Below the pieces are notes generated by a model. That model made no database searches and had not been told where the DNA came from. It was given only the letters and a program-made list of their open reading frames with translations. Positions 50,730-64,000 of a stretch of DNA of 64,000 bases are shown here, one piece after another (the first letter of the stretch is position 1; every line of letters starts with the position of its first letter). This DNA is from Octopus sinensis (taxonomy: Eukaryota), in assembly GCF_006345805.1 (NCBI RefSeq), contig NC_043011.1:23386464-23450463 (forward strand), given 5' to 3'. The position numbers and the translations under genes are program-made.

Positions 50730-52260
50730 TGTGCTTTTGTCTCGGATCTGTTGGCGATGGATCATCATTCTGTTGCGTAACAATCGACTCGTCTGTCCTA
50801 TTTAATTATGTTGACAACCATTGCATGTGATTACGTATATCAGGATTTTCGTATTACGGGTGAGATAGGACTTGACTTTGAAAGTTTGGCCATCTTTGAA
50901 TTTAAATTCTGGTCCCTCAATTAGGTAACGGCAAGTGCCGCATTTTGTTCTCCTTCATTTTATGACCGTTGGGTTGGGGGTTTCTTTGGGTGTTTTTGCT
51001 CCAGTGAGAATGAGTTTTAGTGTTTTGGGCTGCCTTTTGCTTTTGATGATTTGTTGTTTTCTTAAGATTTTTTCTCATCTGCAAATAAGATGTGGATGTG
51101 ATCAAATATTTCGGTGTTCTTGAGGTTGAAGGTTGACACGAATAGTAAGACATTTTCCCTTCTTTCGTTTTTTTGTTTTCCTAAGTTCATTGATATCCAT
51201 TTGTTTCGCCTTGTTTATTCAGTTGGTGATTATGCCAGGAGGGAAGACTCTTTGGATAAGTGTGTCCTTCAGTTCCTATAGTCTATGTTCACGTTTGGGT
51301 GGTTCTGATACTATGGTACAAATTCGTTTTGCCAGATTGAAGGGAATGTTAGGTTTGGTGCATTTCGGGTGACATGATGTGAAAAGAAGGTACTGTTTGG
51401 AGTCGGTGGGTTTGCAGAATATATCCATTTCTATTTTCCCATCTTGGTTTTTGATTAGGATATCCAGAAAGGCAAGTTCTTTGGGATTAAAATCAATTGT
51501 GAATTGAACGTTATTGCTGGGGTTGTTTATCATGCTTTTGAATTCTGTTAATTTGTCAATATTTTCCTGCCATAAAATAAAGCAATTATCTAGGTATCTT
51601 CTCCAATTGTTTCTGAATTGTGTATGGAACGTCTCACGAAATATAAGAAGAGATTAATTGTAGATTTTTTATTCGTGGAATCCCATGACTAAGTTGGTTT
51701 ATGTGGGGGCTATATCGTTCCTAACGTTTGGCAGTAATCTGAACCGTTGAAGGTAAAAAAGTTGCTTTCAAGTATGAATCTGAGCCCATCAATGATATAT
51801 TATTTTTTTCTTGCGTGTTGGAAGTTCAGATTGGTGAGTGTCTAACCAGTATTGGATTGCAGTTATTCCATGATCATGGGGAATGTCGATGTATAGGTTG
51901 ACAACGTCAAATGGAGTTAAAATCGGATGTTTATTTACCGTTTTTGGCAGATGATTTAGCATGTCTAGGTCATCTCGAATGTAGCTCTTATTATGTTTTA
52001 GGAAGGGTTTTAGGAGGATGTCCAAGAACTTGCTGAGTCTGTGTGTTTCACATGCCTGGCCTGCTATGATTAGTTTAAATTTTAGATCATCTGCAGATGT
52101 TAGCTGTATGTATTTGTTTGTTGAGGATTTACAGACATCATTTATCCTTTTGCAGTTATGGATTTTAGGTAAACCATAAAAGTTGCCAGTTTTGCATTTG
52201 AAGTGGCATAAATAGTCAATTTCTTTGTTGGTTACACTTCTTCAAAAGAGTTGTGAGGTT
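50730..52260 (-). mobile_element. Degenerate PLE with RT, Cys linker and GIY-YIG endonuclease (Neptune-like)
   Basis: SYIRDDLD, FDVVNLY, RRYLDNCFI, FLDILI, KPTDSKQYL and CHP; linker KCGTC; LIYVITCNGC...*IGQT...RMMIHRQQIR. Confidence 0.85.
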
Positions 52261-52299
52261 TTTCCATCTGGAGTCCACAAGGACCAGCCAACATTCAGA

Positions 52300-53000
52300 A
52301 TGTGTCTCAAATATTTCTGATGAATACATTTAAGAACCTTTGCATGATGCCAGCAAAAGGTCCAAGCCTCACATGAGAGAGAAAAAAAAAACACAATACC
52401 AGCATACACAAAATGTACACAACAACTTTTGTTCAGCTTGTGATGCCATGTTTGGACGAGACATGAGACACAAAATCTCTGAAGAGCCTTAAATTTATTT
52501 CATCATTCAAAGATCAAGAAGTGCTGAATGTGCTACCCAGGTAGACAAACTAGTCTACCACTTTCACTACTGTTCCTTCAACTAAGATAGATGGTTTCAC
52601 ATATGGCACAGACTGGAATATTACAATAGTCTTGTCCAGGCTAATACCGAGTCCAAATGCCTTTCAAGATGCAGAAATATGATCCATGAGAATTTGCATA
52701 TCTTCAACTGTATGAGCAGCTAAATCGTAATCATACACATAAAGAAGGTTGCAAATAAGAGACTGAAAACTTTCAAATGGGCAGCAAATCAACACAAGCC
52801 GAAAAGATGATCAGAAGATAGGTACCTCACATATATTCTAGAGGAGCAATCCACAGCATAATACAGGAAAAAGAAAGTTAGGGCAAGTATGTCATCTTAC
52901 TTGACACCATTCTTTACAGGAATGGGTCCCACTATGCCACCACCAACATTAAGCCATGTCTCCATCCCATCATGAAATGATTTAATTATTGATACAAAGT
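52300..53000 (-). mobile_element. RTE/BovB-type RT relic
   Basis: GVK*DDILALTFF and LLYVYDYDLAAHTVEDMQILMDHIS..*KAFGLGISLDKT. Confidence 0.7.
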
Positions 53001-53179
53001 GCCCTGGACAATCAAGTTTATATATATGCAAACATCACACATATATACAAACATTACACATGCAAGTATAGGTACATGTGTGTGTATGTGTGTGTGTGAT
53101 TCCAAAATTTGCAGACCATGTCTAAACGGTACACTCATTCCACCCTTCAATATTCAATACAGCCTATGAAAGCATTTGA

Positions 53180-53560
53180 ATTTCAACTGTCATGAAACTA
53201 CACCTTCAACTTCAATTTCATTATGGGAAGTATGACAAAGTCAGAAAGGGTTATGTCAGGTTAAAACAGAGGGTGTAATATGACTATCATATTTCTCTCT
53301 CAAATTCTGCATTGTTTTGAGGGAGGTGTAATGAGGCGTGTTGTCATGATGCCGTTGCATCAAAATACCCTTTTTTTCCTCACACATCATCTCTCGAGTA
53401 GTAATAATAATGCAGGTATAATCAGAATTCAACAAATTCTTAGTCAATGGTGTCCTTGATATGGAGAAAGAAAACAGCATGAGTTTCTTTCTTGTCACTC
53501 TTCAGACCTGCTTCGCTTTCCTTGATCTCAGTGACTCAGAGTTTTTTTTTTTACTGTGAT
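53180..53560 (-). mobile_element. Mariner transposase C-terminal relic
   Basis: HHDNTPHYTSLKT...HPLF*PDITLSDF resembles HHDNAPAH...HPPYSPDLAPSDF. Confidence 0.6.
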
Positions 53561-54651
53561 GACTGATGTTTTGTTTTTGGATCATAGCCATAAACTTGAC
53601 TTTTATTGTTCAAGATGATTCTCAAAATGAAAGTTGGTAGTTGTTAACCTTCTTAAAAAGCTGAAGGTACAAAGCAAGCTGCTGCTGCTTTTGATAGTCA
53701 AGAAAACGGTGGGAGACATTTCGCAAGCAGCAACATAATGTTCTGATTTTCTATGATAACTTCCTGGCAGATTTCATAACTGAAATTTTACTATGAAAAT
53801 TCCCTCATTTTTTTTGGTCTACTACTTATAATTTTAACCATAATTCAATGATGACGTGATATTATCCAAGAAAGTACATTCCAAGGTTTTCATACATCCA
53901 AAGTATATAATGGTCTAAGAGAACTGATGGATAGTTCAATGATGGTCCTCATTGATGAGGTAATGGTTTCCTGCATGTTTTGGCGTTTTGCAAGTGAATG
54001 GTTGCAGGCTTGACTGTCTGGTAAGAAGTTTGCTTTCAAACAACATGGTTTCAGGTTCAGTCCGACTATAGTCCCAGGCTCACCAAAGCCTTGTAAGAGG
54101 AATTGGCACATGGAAACTGAATGAAGCCCATTGTGTGGTGTGGTGTGTATGTGTGTTACTATCTCCTTGCCTTGGCATCATGTGATGAGTGTCACCATCA
54201 AGCAGACGTGGAAAAGTGAAAATTAAAACGATGATGCTGATAATGATGATGATGATGATGATGATGGTCACCTTCAACTGACACTCAATCAGCCTTAGGA
54301 CATACCTGTTACTCAAAAGCCTGCATTCAACCCAAACAATGTTTGTCAAAGCCTGGTGAAGCATTCTGAAGGCTGGGCTCCATGCAAAATCTGATGGGAC
54401 AAGTTGCTTGAATTTGTGAGCCATCAGGGAACTTTCTAATGCAAGTTATCTGTAATATGTGAACAGGGCGAGATAAATGAAGCCCATGTATCACTACAAT
54501 GTCAGTCTACAGCATCATCATTTCATCATCATAAAACAGACATTATATGATGATGATGTAGACTGACTCAGTAGGCAGGGTACCAATGGATATCAATTGA
54601 ACATTAAAGTCACAGTATGGGAAGTGCAGAAACTTTCTAATAACACACACA

Positions 54652-55140
54652 CATCATCATCATCATCGTTTAACATCCGTTTACCATGCTAGCATGGGTT
54701 GGATGGTTCGACTGGGGACTGGGAAGCCAGGAGGCTGCACCAGGCTCCAGTCTGATCTGGCAGAGTTTCTACAGCTGGATGCCCTTCCTAGCACCAACCA
54801 CTGTGAGTGTAGTGGGTGCTTTTTATGTGCCACCAGCACAGGTGGCAAGGGAGGCTGGCAATGGCCACAATTGGTTGGTGCTTTTTACATGCCACCGGCA
54901 CGGAAGCCAGTCAAGGCAGCACTGGCATCGGCCACGTTCGGATGGTGCTTTTTATGTGCCACCGGCACAGGTATCACAACTACAATTTCCATTTCATTTT
55001 TGATGTTGATGTACTTGACTCAATAGGTCCCCTCAAGATCAGCAGGTTGCCCTATGATCCAAGGTAAGCACAGCAGGCCGTCCTGTGATCCAAGGTACTT
55101 TGGATGGGCTGTGGCTTCTATGAGAAGCTGGTGCAGGAAA
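54652..55140 (-). mobile_element. RTE-associated 3' UTR/tail fragment
   Basis: (CAT)n-cgtttaacatccg and gtgccaccggcac units, homologous to 40923-41292. Confidence 0.8.
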
Positions 55141-55461
55141 CACACTCATATAAATACATACCCTGCAGTCAACTGGTGTCTCAAACTGAATTGGTTATAA
55201 CACTCAAGGTACCTTGGCTCTGGGATATCTACATCACCTGAAAGGTTTGCCATGCAGATAGTAACACAGAAAGTGGCAGGAGAGGGATGTTCAGGAGGCA
55301 TAACCTGGATGTAGCCTAGCATCCTTTGTATGTAAGGAGTCAAGGGCTGAAACACTTGCATGAGTGGGTGGGGCTTCTTTGAAGATCTGTTGTTCAACTC
55401 TCCCCAGAACCTTTCTTACAGTTTTTTACTGCCTATATACATATGTATGTATGTATATATT

Positions 55462-55612
55462 GTCATCACCATTCATGGTCCATTTTCCATGCTGGCATGG
55501 GTTAGACAGTTTGACTGGAACTGGTAGACTGGAAAGCTGCACCAGGCACCAGTCTGTTTTGACTTGGTTTTTATGGCTGGATGCCTAGGAAAGGCATCCA
55601 GCCATAAAAACC
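55462..55612 (-). mobile_element. Short RTE tail ending in a perfect 21-bp fold-back
   Basis: 55566-55586 ggtttttatggctggatgcct vs 55592-55612; 5-nt loop. Confidence 0.75.
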
Positions 55613-56841
55613 TGTATACAATAATTTCATTATTATTATTATAAAATAGATTGATTAATCTCTGCTTGATGAAGGCTTTGATTTGAGTTTTTTTTTTTTT
55701 TGCAGTTTGTTTTACAATCTGGCTGGTAGGATGTTAAAGCTAATTTAAGAAAAATACCACTGAAACCCAGTTTTATCTCAGGAGCCAGATGTAAATTTTG
55801 AGAACTGCTTCTGGTTCAAGAGCTATAGTGTGGCTGTCGTTAATATATAGCATACAAAGATAACAAAACATGTTACCATCATAAGTAAGTAAATTTATTC
55901 AATTTTAAAATGTGAAAAAATGTTGAAATTGTCAAGATATAACTTGAGGTACATAATTTACATACAATGGAATTGACTGAAACTGCTGGACAGAAAGCTG
56001 GCTAGCTTGCCTGTTCGGTAAACTGGATTGTAGAGTTAATTCATAAAGAAAAACCGTAGCTCCATAACTGCTTTGAAAAGCATTTATTCAACCTATCTGA
56101 CTAGACAGACAGTCTGTATAGCCAGCAGTAGAGGAAGAAAGCTCTGATGAAAGAAGAGCCAGGAAAATCTACTGTTGTCTCACAAAGAAGGAACAGCTAG
56201 TTATTCCCTTCACTAGGAGAGAAGCACAGGGGAGATAACAAAGGAAAGAGGGGAGGGTGGGACAAGGGGGAAAAAAAAAACTAAGAATTGAAATTATACA
56301 AAATTAAAAAATATTGTCAACAGCCACGTTAGTTATTTTTTTTTATCAAAAAAATAATAATAAACATAAAAAGGGTGGAAGGAGAGGGAGAAGAAAACTT
56401 TATGTCAATTCTGTTTTTGTTTTGTTTTGTTTTGTTTTTTCCTTTTCTTCTTTACAGTACAAATTTACCCTTCTAGCTGGTGCACACTGAATGAAAATTC
56501 TTACTGAACATCAAGGCGTTACAAAGCCAGAAGAAATGCCACAATTCTAGCAACCAACTCTTTTGAATTGCAGAGAGCATGTATTGTGTGCATACATAGA
56601 TGTATGCATGTTTGTGTATGTATCTGTGTGTGTGTGAGGCTGTATTTCTCAGAAATCTCCCCCAAAAGAGAAAGAGCTGTTTTCTAACTCAAAAACAAGA
56701 CTCTTTCATTGGAATTGTGTGTGTATGTATGTATGAGAGAGAGAGAAAGAGAGTGTGAAAGAGAGAGAGATTGCTAAACAGTTGGTTGCTTAGACTATTT
56801 TTATTGTTATTTTTTTGTGGTAGATAACCAGTGGCTTATTT

Positions 56842-56884
<43 letters not shown>

Positions 56885-57442
56885 ATATTTTTTTATTTAT
56901 ATATTTATTTATTCATTTATTCTTCTCTACCACTCATATGTTCTAAGGACAATTGGCAGAGGTAAAACAATGGACAGAAAGATATGATGTTGTCAGTGAA
57001 CTACTGTAAACACCAGATGGCACTTTAAACAGCTAACAAGTGGCAACAAAAAAGCCACAACACAACACTGAAAAATTGTCACAGCCCACAGGTGGATCTA
57101 CACTTGCAATATCAGGTCCCCTTAAGGTGATATATTGAAGATCACCATGGAGACACAAGAGAAAGCAGTGTCACATTATTAATCATCATCATTATTATTA
57201 TTATTATCATTATTATTATTACCATCATCATCATTATTAATTATTAAACATACTGATTTTTTTGTTTTTGTAAAAAAAAAATTCATAAATAAATTAAATA
57301 AAAAAAAAAGCTAAATAACAAAAAATACATTTGCCCTCCAACTAAAAAATATTTATTATGTTTTAATAATCTTTTAGATTTTTTGGAATATAAATATCAG
57401 AATACCAGTTTAAGCAATAGCAACAATGGCAAGGAGAATGCC

Positions 57443-57847
57443 GCAGAGAACTGGGCGGTAACTCCCAGAGTACTAGGCTGTAAATCAAAGTACTAGAGAA
57501 TAATCCAAGTACTAGGCATAATCCTCAGAGTACTAGGCAGTAACCCAGTGTACTAGATAGAAACCTAGTGTGCTTGGTAGTAACCTACTTTATTTGGTAA
57601 TGACCAGAGTACTATATAATAGCCTAAACACTAGGTTGTACTGTAGTGTGATATCCTAGTACTCAGAGTATTAAGATATAACACAGTGTACTGGGCAGTA
57701 ACCTAGTATGCTTGATAGTAACTTAGTGTGTCAGGTAGTAGCTTAGTGCACTAGGCAGTAACCCAGTGTGCTAGTCAGTAAACCTATTGTACTAAGCAGT
57801 AACCAGAATGCTAGGTATTAAGCTAGAGTATGAGAGAGTAACCCAAA
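57443..57847. repeat. Degenerate ~20-bp minisatellite, consensus ~CCCAGTGTACTAGGCAGTAA, about 20 units
   Basis: Recurring agtactagg/cagtaacc at ~20-bp spacing. Confidence 0.8.
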
Positions 57848-57945
57848 GTTCAAAGTTTAAACATTCAATTTGCCACTAAGTATTTTGTATCTTATATTAA
57901 AATGTTAACATTTTTCTTCATATGCTAACACACGCACGCACACAT

Positions 57946-58007
<62 letters not shown>

Positions 58008-58190
58008 ATTCATTCATTCATTAACAGCAGAACAGGACAGAAATCCAATATTTTAACAATTCATTTAAAGGAGAATTCTGTTGAGAATTTACTGAAGAAG
58101 GTATAATACAAAAGAGATTTTACACACACACATACACACGTATTAATATATACATATTTATGCAGATAGATACACACATACATGACATAT

Positions 58191-58223
<33 letters not shown>

Positions 58224-58318
58224 TACACATGTATACACCAGTAATGATAACAGAATCATCACATTTAAGCAATTTCCAATGCAATGTTAAGCTCGTGTGC
58301 ATATGCACATTTACGCAT

Positions 58319-58368
<50 letters not shown>

Positions 58369-58899
58369 ATGTGTGCATGCGTGTGTGTCTGCCTGTCTGT
58401 GTGTCTGCATGTGCACACACTTACCAAACTGCCTGCAAAGGTGTCACCATCATTATCAGAAATAATAATTTTCCTTAAAAATTAAGAAGGAGGGAAAAAA
58501 AAAAGAAAAAAAAAAAAGAAAGAAAGAAAGACTTATTATTTTTCTTTTTTTTCTTCCATTCTGAATGACTTGCAGCTGAAGGAATCGAGTTCAACACAAA
58601 AAAAAAAAGGCGAAAGGCAAACCAGATTAGTTTTTGCTTTTTTGTTCGTTTTCATTTTTTTTTTTTTTTGGTTTTTTTTTTCTTTTTAAATTCTCATTTA
58701 AACCAATCTAATAACAAGACCAGGATTAAAACCTGTAAGAAAATTGAAACTAGTTATTTATTTATTTATATATTTTTATTTTTGTGTTTATTTCTTTTTA
58801 CGTCATTTCATGATTTTTTCAAAATTTATTATCTTCTTTTTTTAGGGCCCATTTCTACAAAGTGTATCTGTCTAAGCACTGGTTTGCTTTTGTTTGTTT

Positions 58900-60585
58900 T
58901 TTTTTTGCTTTTGTTTTCTGTCTAGTCTCTCATCAGATTTGTATTTTTGTGTGTATGTATATTGGTTTTTATTTTTTTATTTTTTTTTTATTTTTCAAGA
59001 TAAGGGCAACACCTTCAGAAAATGGGTTCATTGGCCGTGAGTGTTGCTAACAACCTTCATTCAGAATTCATCTATACAGTATGATGCCATTTAACACTAA
59101 TTGGACAAACTGAGCAAAACAGATTTTTCTCTTCTATAGATTATGGTTGTAGGAAAAGACAAAAGTGCTAGAAACCATGAGATTTGTCTGTGGGTATGTG
59201 TATGTGTGTGTGTATTATTCAACAATGTAAGAAGGCTAACCCCACAGGAAAGCCCAGACAAGAATTCTACAGGACAATGAAAGGTATGTTGTGCAACACA
59301 GGTTGGCACTAACCTTGGCCCTAATCTGAATTGATATCACTATAAAGAACTTCTAAAAGATCGACCAGATGTAAATGATCTAAGTAGGAGGCTTACTAAG
59401 AAGAGAAGAGAGAGAAAGAATCTTCACCAAAAGAAGTTGTTCTGTAAGCTTTCATGATTAAAGTCATTCAATTATTGATGTAATCCATCTATGAAGAAAT
59501 ATTATAAATTCTTCAAAAAAAACAACTTTTTTCTTTTCTTTTTTTTCTTTTCTTTTTTTGGTTAAAAAATAACTTAACAAGATACTACTTCTTTTAAACA
59601 TTTCTAGAAAGATCATGTATGTGTGAGCAAATTATCAATAGATTTACCGAATAAAGACTAGTAATGACGATTTATCAATTAATTAATTAATCAATTAGCC
59701 AACATGCCTTTTTTTAACTTTTTTCCCATGTTTTTTTTTGTTTTTTTTTTTGCTTTTGTTTTCTGTCTAGTCTCTCATCAGATTTGTATTTTTGTGTGTA
59801 TGTATATTGGTTTTTATTTTTTTATTTTTTTTTTATTTTTCAAGATAAGGGCAACACCTTCAGAAAATGGGTTCATTGGCCGTGAGTGTTGCTAACAACC
59901 TTCATTCAGAATTCATCTATACAGTATGATGCCATTTAACACTAATTGGACAAACTGAGCAAAACAGATTTTTCTCTTCTATAGATTATGGTTGTAGGAA
60001 AAGACAAAAGTGCTAGAAACCATGAGATTTGTCTGTGGGTATGTGTATGTGTGTGTGTATTATTCAACAATGTAAGAAGGCTAACCCCACAGGAAAGCCC
60101 AGACAAGAATTCTACAGGACAATGAAAGGTATGTTGTGCAACACAGGTTGGCACTAACCTTGGCCCTAATCTGAATTGATATCACTATAAAGAACTTCTA
60201 AAAGATCGACCAGATGTAAATGATCTAAGTAGGAGGCTTACTAAGAAGAGAAGAGAGAGAAAGAATCTTCACCAAAAGAAGTTGTTCTGTAAGCTTTCAT
60301 GATTAAAGTCATTCAATTATTGATGTAATCCATCTATGAAGAAATATTATAAATTCTTCAAAAAAAACAACTTTTTTCTTTTCTTTTTTTTCTTTTTGTT
60401 TTTTTGGTTAAAAAATAACTTAACAAGATACTACTTCTTTTAAACATTTCTAGAAAGATCATGTATGTGTGAGCAAATTATCAATAGATTTACCGAATAA
60501 AGACTAGTAATGACGATTTATCAATTAATTAATTAATCAATTAGCCAACATGCCTTTTTTTAACTTTTTTCCCATGTTTTTTTTT
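58900..60585. repeat. Near-identical tandem duplication, period 845 bp
   Basis: Identical ORFs at 59097 and 59942; junction in a poly-T tract. Confidence 0.95.
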
Positions 60586-60977
60586 TTTTTTTTTTTGTCT
60601 TTTTGTTTTGTTTTGTTTTGAAAAGCAGCAAGTAGAAGTAATTATCTTGCAACACAATGCCTGCCTGCAGCAGAGGAGGATCTCACAACACTTGAGGAAA
60701 CAAAGTGTTTAGTACTTCATTTGGCTGGGTTGCCATTGCGTTTGTCAATAATAGTAAAAGTGGTCTGACGAGAGAAATTACAGTAATTTGTCTAACAATG
60801 GTTACTATATTTGCTGTGGTTTCTGCAATTGCTGTTGCTGTTGTTGAGTCAACCTGAAACTTGGGTAGCAAGTCTGTTAACCAAGTCAAAGGCAGCTTAG
60901 TCATATATGCTAATAGGATAATCCATTTCAGGAGCAGTTGTTTCTGATTGGTAATTTTACTGGAGAGACTGATAGAC

Positions 60978-61012
<35 letters not shown>

Positions 61013-61145
61013 AAGATAGATAGACAGACAGACAGATAGATAAATTGGTAGCGAGGAGAGAGAGAAATCTGAATGAGGTTGATGGCAGAAAGTAGATGGA
61101 AATTAAAATATCAAACAGTCACATGCTACTGTTGCAATCAACTCA

Positions 61146-61342
61146 TCAACTCTGTGGTGTTGTAACCATATCAGATTCATCTTCAGTGTCTTTGTCTGAG
61201 AGTGTTGCTGCCGCAGCTGCTGCTCTGTTGGTTGGTGAATTAGTAACCTGCATGACAACATCACAGAATGACTGCAGACTGTTGGCCGCCCATTTTTCAC
61301 CAGGGTACACACAGGAATAATCACAGCTGCCTATAAATGAGT
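61146..61342 (-). CDS. Probable terminal coding exon of an unidentified host gene
   Basis: Strong acceptor t(14)ctttccag at 61343; phase-1 open frame xSFIGSCDYSCVYPGEKWAANSLQSFCDVVMQVTNSPTNRAAAAAATLSDKDTEDESDMVTTPQS* (2+195 nt); non-repetitive. Confidence 0.6.
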
Positions 61343-62639
61343 CTGGAAAGAAAAAAAAAAAAATCAGTAGTTTTCGATTTATTAGAAAATTTTATACAAA
61401 GAAACAAACTAACAGACAAACAAAAAATTCTTTATAAAAATAAATAGCATTTCATAGTTACAGGGGATGGAAGTGGGGAAGTTGTGATGGTTATGTTTTC
61501 TTTTAGAACATTGATAATATAAACAAGATGTTGTGATGTTTGTGTTTTCCTCAAGAATATTAGTTCTACAATTGTATATGTTTCAGTTGGAAATTGAAAT
61601 CAAAGAAGCTGCTGACAATTTGGTTGAACACAAACTTACCGCAACTTTATGACATGCATGAACATAAACAAACAATAATAAAAACTGAAATTGATAAAAA
61701 AGGATAATATACGCATAAATATATACACAACATCCAATGACTCATACATACATTATTTAAAAATAATACACTGATATATATATATAAGGACCACTGTCCA
61801 CATCTTGGTTGTTGTAGTCACAATATTTTGGCCATTGTCCTTTCCATCATTTTTCAGGTGCCTGTTGAATTTGATAATATTCTCAGAATTTGGATGAAAA
61901 CCCTTTAATAATGTGATGAGGATAAACTTTTCTTACTTTATTGTTTTTATCAGTGCTGTTTTCCTTCTTAGTTATTCTGCTACTTGTGATGTTCTTAGTT
62001 TGTTCTGCTTCATCCAGAATATCTATAGCTTGACTAACTGAGAAACTGAACTCCTACCAAATAACTAACCTATTACACTTAACAATTAATTAATGCTTAT
62101 ATTCACTATTCCTATTGTTGAATAAGGATAGTAAATATAGTCAAGTGTTAAGCAAAGTAGTTTAGGTATCAGGAGTGAGTTCAATGCTCCAAGTTAGTCG
62201 AGCTATTATAGCATCACAATTAGTAGAATAACTAATCAGAATTTCCCTGGAATGAGAGCAGTCTAGTGTGTGGAGTTATCAAAAGGTTTGGATTCAATTT
62301 TCAAGAACATTACCAAATAAAAACAATCACACGAAGAAAGCTGGTAAAAACAGTTGCTGTCAGATACATTGTGAATATAACAATCAAGATGAGAACACTA
62401 GCCTGAATATATCAGTGAATATGATAAAAAAGATAGTTCCTCATTTCAATTTTTGAAATGAAATTTACCATTTAAAAAGCAGCAATAGCAGGTATTTGAC
62501 ATATACTTAAAGCACTGCATATATAGTTCAGCAAATGTTTATTGAGCCAAGACAAAAGGAAAGGGTTTTTGTTAGAATATGATAACCTCAATGTGCAATC
62601 TAATAGATCTTTAATGGGACAGAAAATCTAGAAGTTGTA

Positions 62640-63030
62640 CTAAGTGCAGGTGTAGCTGTGTGATAAGAAGCTTGCTTCCCAACTATATGGTTCCTAGTTC
62701 AATCCCTTGGGCAAATGTCTTCTACTATAGCTTCAGGCCAACCAAAACCTTGTGAGTGGAATTGGTAGACTGAAACTGTAAGAAGTCCTTCATATGTGTG
62801 TGTGTTTGTCCCCCCCACCACCACCACTATCACTGCTTGACAACTGGTGTTGGTGTGTTTATGTCCCCATAACTTAGTAGTTTGGCAAAAGAGACTGATG
62901 AAATAAGTACCAGGCTTAAAGAAAAAGAAATAAGTATATACTCGGGTCAATTTGTTCGACTAAAATGTCATAGGGCAGTGCCCCAGCATGGCCACAGCCT
63001 AATGACCCAAACAAGTAAAAGACAAAAGAT
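62640..63030. mobile_element. Old, CpG-decayed SINE fragments
   Basis: Remnants of the 22694-family head/core and tail (ccccagcatggccacag...aaacaagtaaaag). Confidence 0.55.
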
Positions 63031-63618
63031 ACTACAAAGTAGCATTAAGCAATAAAAAAGCACCAAAAAAAAAAGGAACTAAGACATGTAAATATAAAGA
63101 GAATTATTTATCCAGTATGTTACAGTCCGCTCAGCTGGTAAAAATGAGTAATCCTGAGATGGACTAGCATCCCATCCAGGGAGGAATATATATCTCAGAG
63201 AAACTGGGAAACCAGCCCTATGCTTTTTGCAGAGTAATGTGAATTAACTAATGTTGCTTTTACTTAAATTATATCAATAAAGAATAAGCATGTGTGTATG
63301 ACAATAAAGAGAGCAATGAGAGTTTAAAAAAAAAACATGGTGCTCACTCTCTCAGTCTGTTAAAGACAAACAAAAAGAGAACCAAGTTGGATTTGCAAAG
63401 AATATTGAATCCTTTTGATACCACCCTGCCTGAGACCACTCCTGGGTCTATGATACAATCTTCTTGCTTTAAAGTGATCTAAATAATAACTTTCCATCAA
63501 AATTTCATGTTAGTTTATGTTCCAAATATCTGCTTAACAATTAAATTATTCTATGCATTCTAGTCTGTTTTGTCCATGTGTTGTACTTATGCCAAGGGAG
63601 CTAATAACTCTAATGGAG

Positions 63619-63665
<47 letters not shown>

Positions 63666-64000
63666 GAGAGAAACAGACAGGGAAGAAGGGAAGACTAAGA
63701 GAGAGGAGGGGTAGGTAGGTAGGTGAGTCTACAGATATATCAACAGATGTTCAGAGAGAGAGATATATATTAATAGATATACAAGCATATATGTAGCTGA
63801 ACTGAACTGAAAAGAAATGAAAATAATCTCAATTGGTTAATAACTTTGACTGAACCGTGGTGGTGGTGGTTGGACAGTGAAAAGTGCAGTTTTATACACA
63901 CACACACACACACACAAACATGTTTTATCATTTTAATTCATCTTTTATTCCATAAACTGTGAAGTACATCATATCTGTCAAACATATTAAAAGAAGGAAA

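Noticed and set aside
60683-60904. 73-aa Thr-rich minus-strand ORF as an extra exon
   Set aside because: It lies downstream of the predicted stop and has no acceptor or recognisable motif; treated as UTR
61634-61684. Perfect minus-strand donor G|GTAAGT as a possible upstream exon end
   Set aside because: The nearest acceptor gives a 45-nt AT-rich exon with a stop in the required phase

Overview
AT-rich eukaryotic (animal) genomic DNA, dense in microsatellites and transposon relics. The SINE families, (GAT)n-tailed RTE ends and microsatellite load resemble an octopus/cephalopod genome (inference, not confirmed). Contents: Penelope-like (PLE) RT and GIY-YIG fragments, four maT-type Tc1/mariner copies (one with a countable DD37D triad), mariner, hAT and Gypsy relics, a MITE, a Helitron-like element, many tRNA-derived SINEs, several near-identical local duplications, and one probable host-gene terminal exon (61146-61342, minus strand) in a CpG-poor right-hand block. 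The main hidden structure is about a dozen type I hammerhead ribozyme (HHR) motifs with palindromic stem III, several with unusual cores (compensatory U3-A8, U4C, A6U, A.A at the base of stem II). The strongest candidate for something new is at 30081-36192. A full-length, nearly intact Tx1/L1-type LINE (30379-35743, minus) sits between 17-bp target-site duplications inside a non-coding, hairpin-rich 360-bp tandem unit. That unit carries two HHR-like motifs and an inverted end, like a retrozyme or PLE pseudo-LTR. All ribozyme calls come from manual motif and pairing inspection; none was computed or tested.
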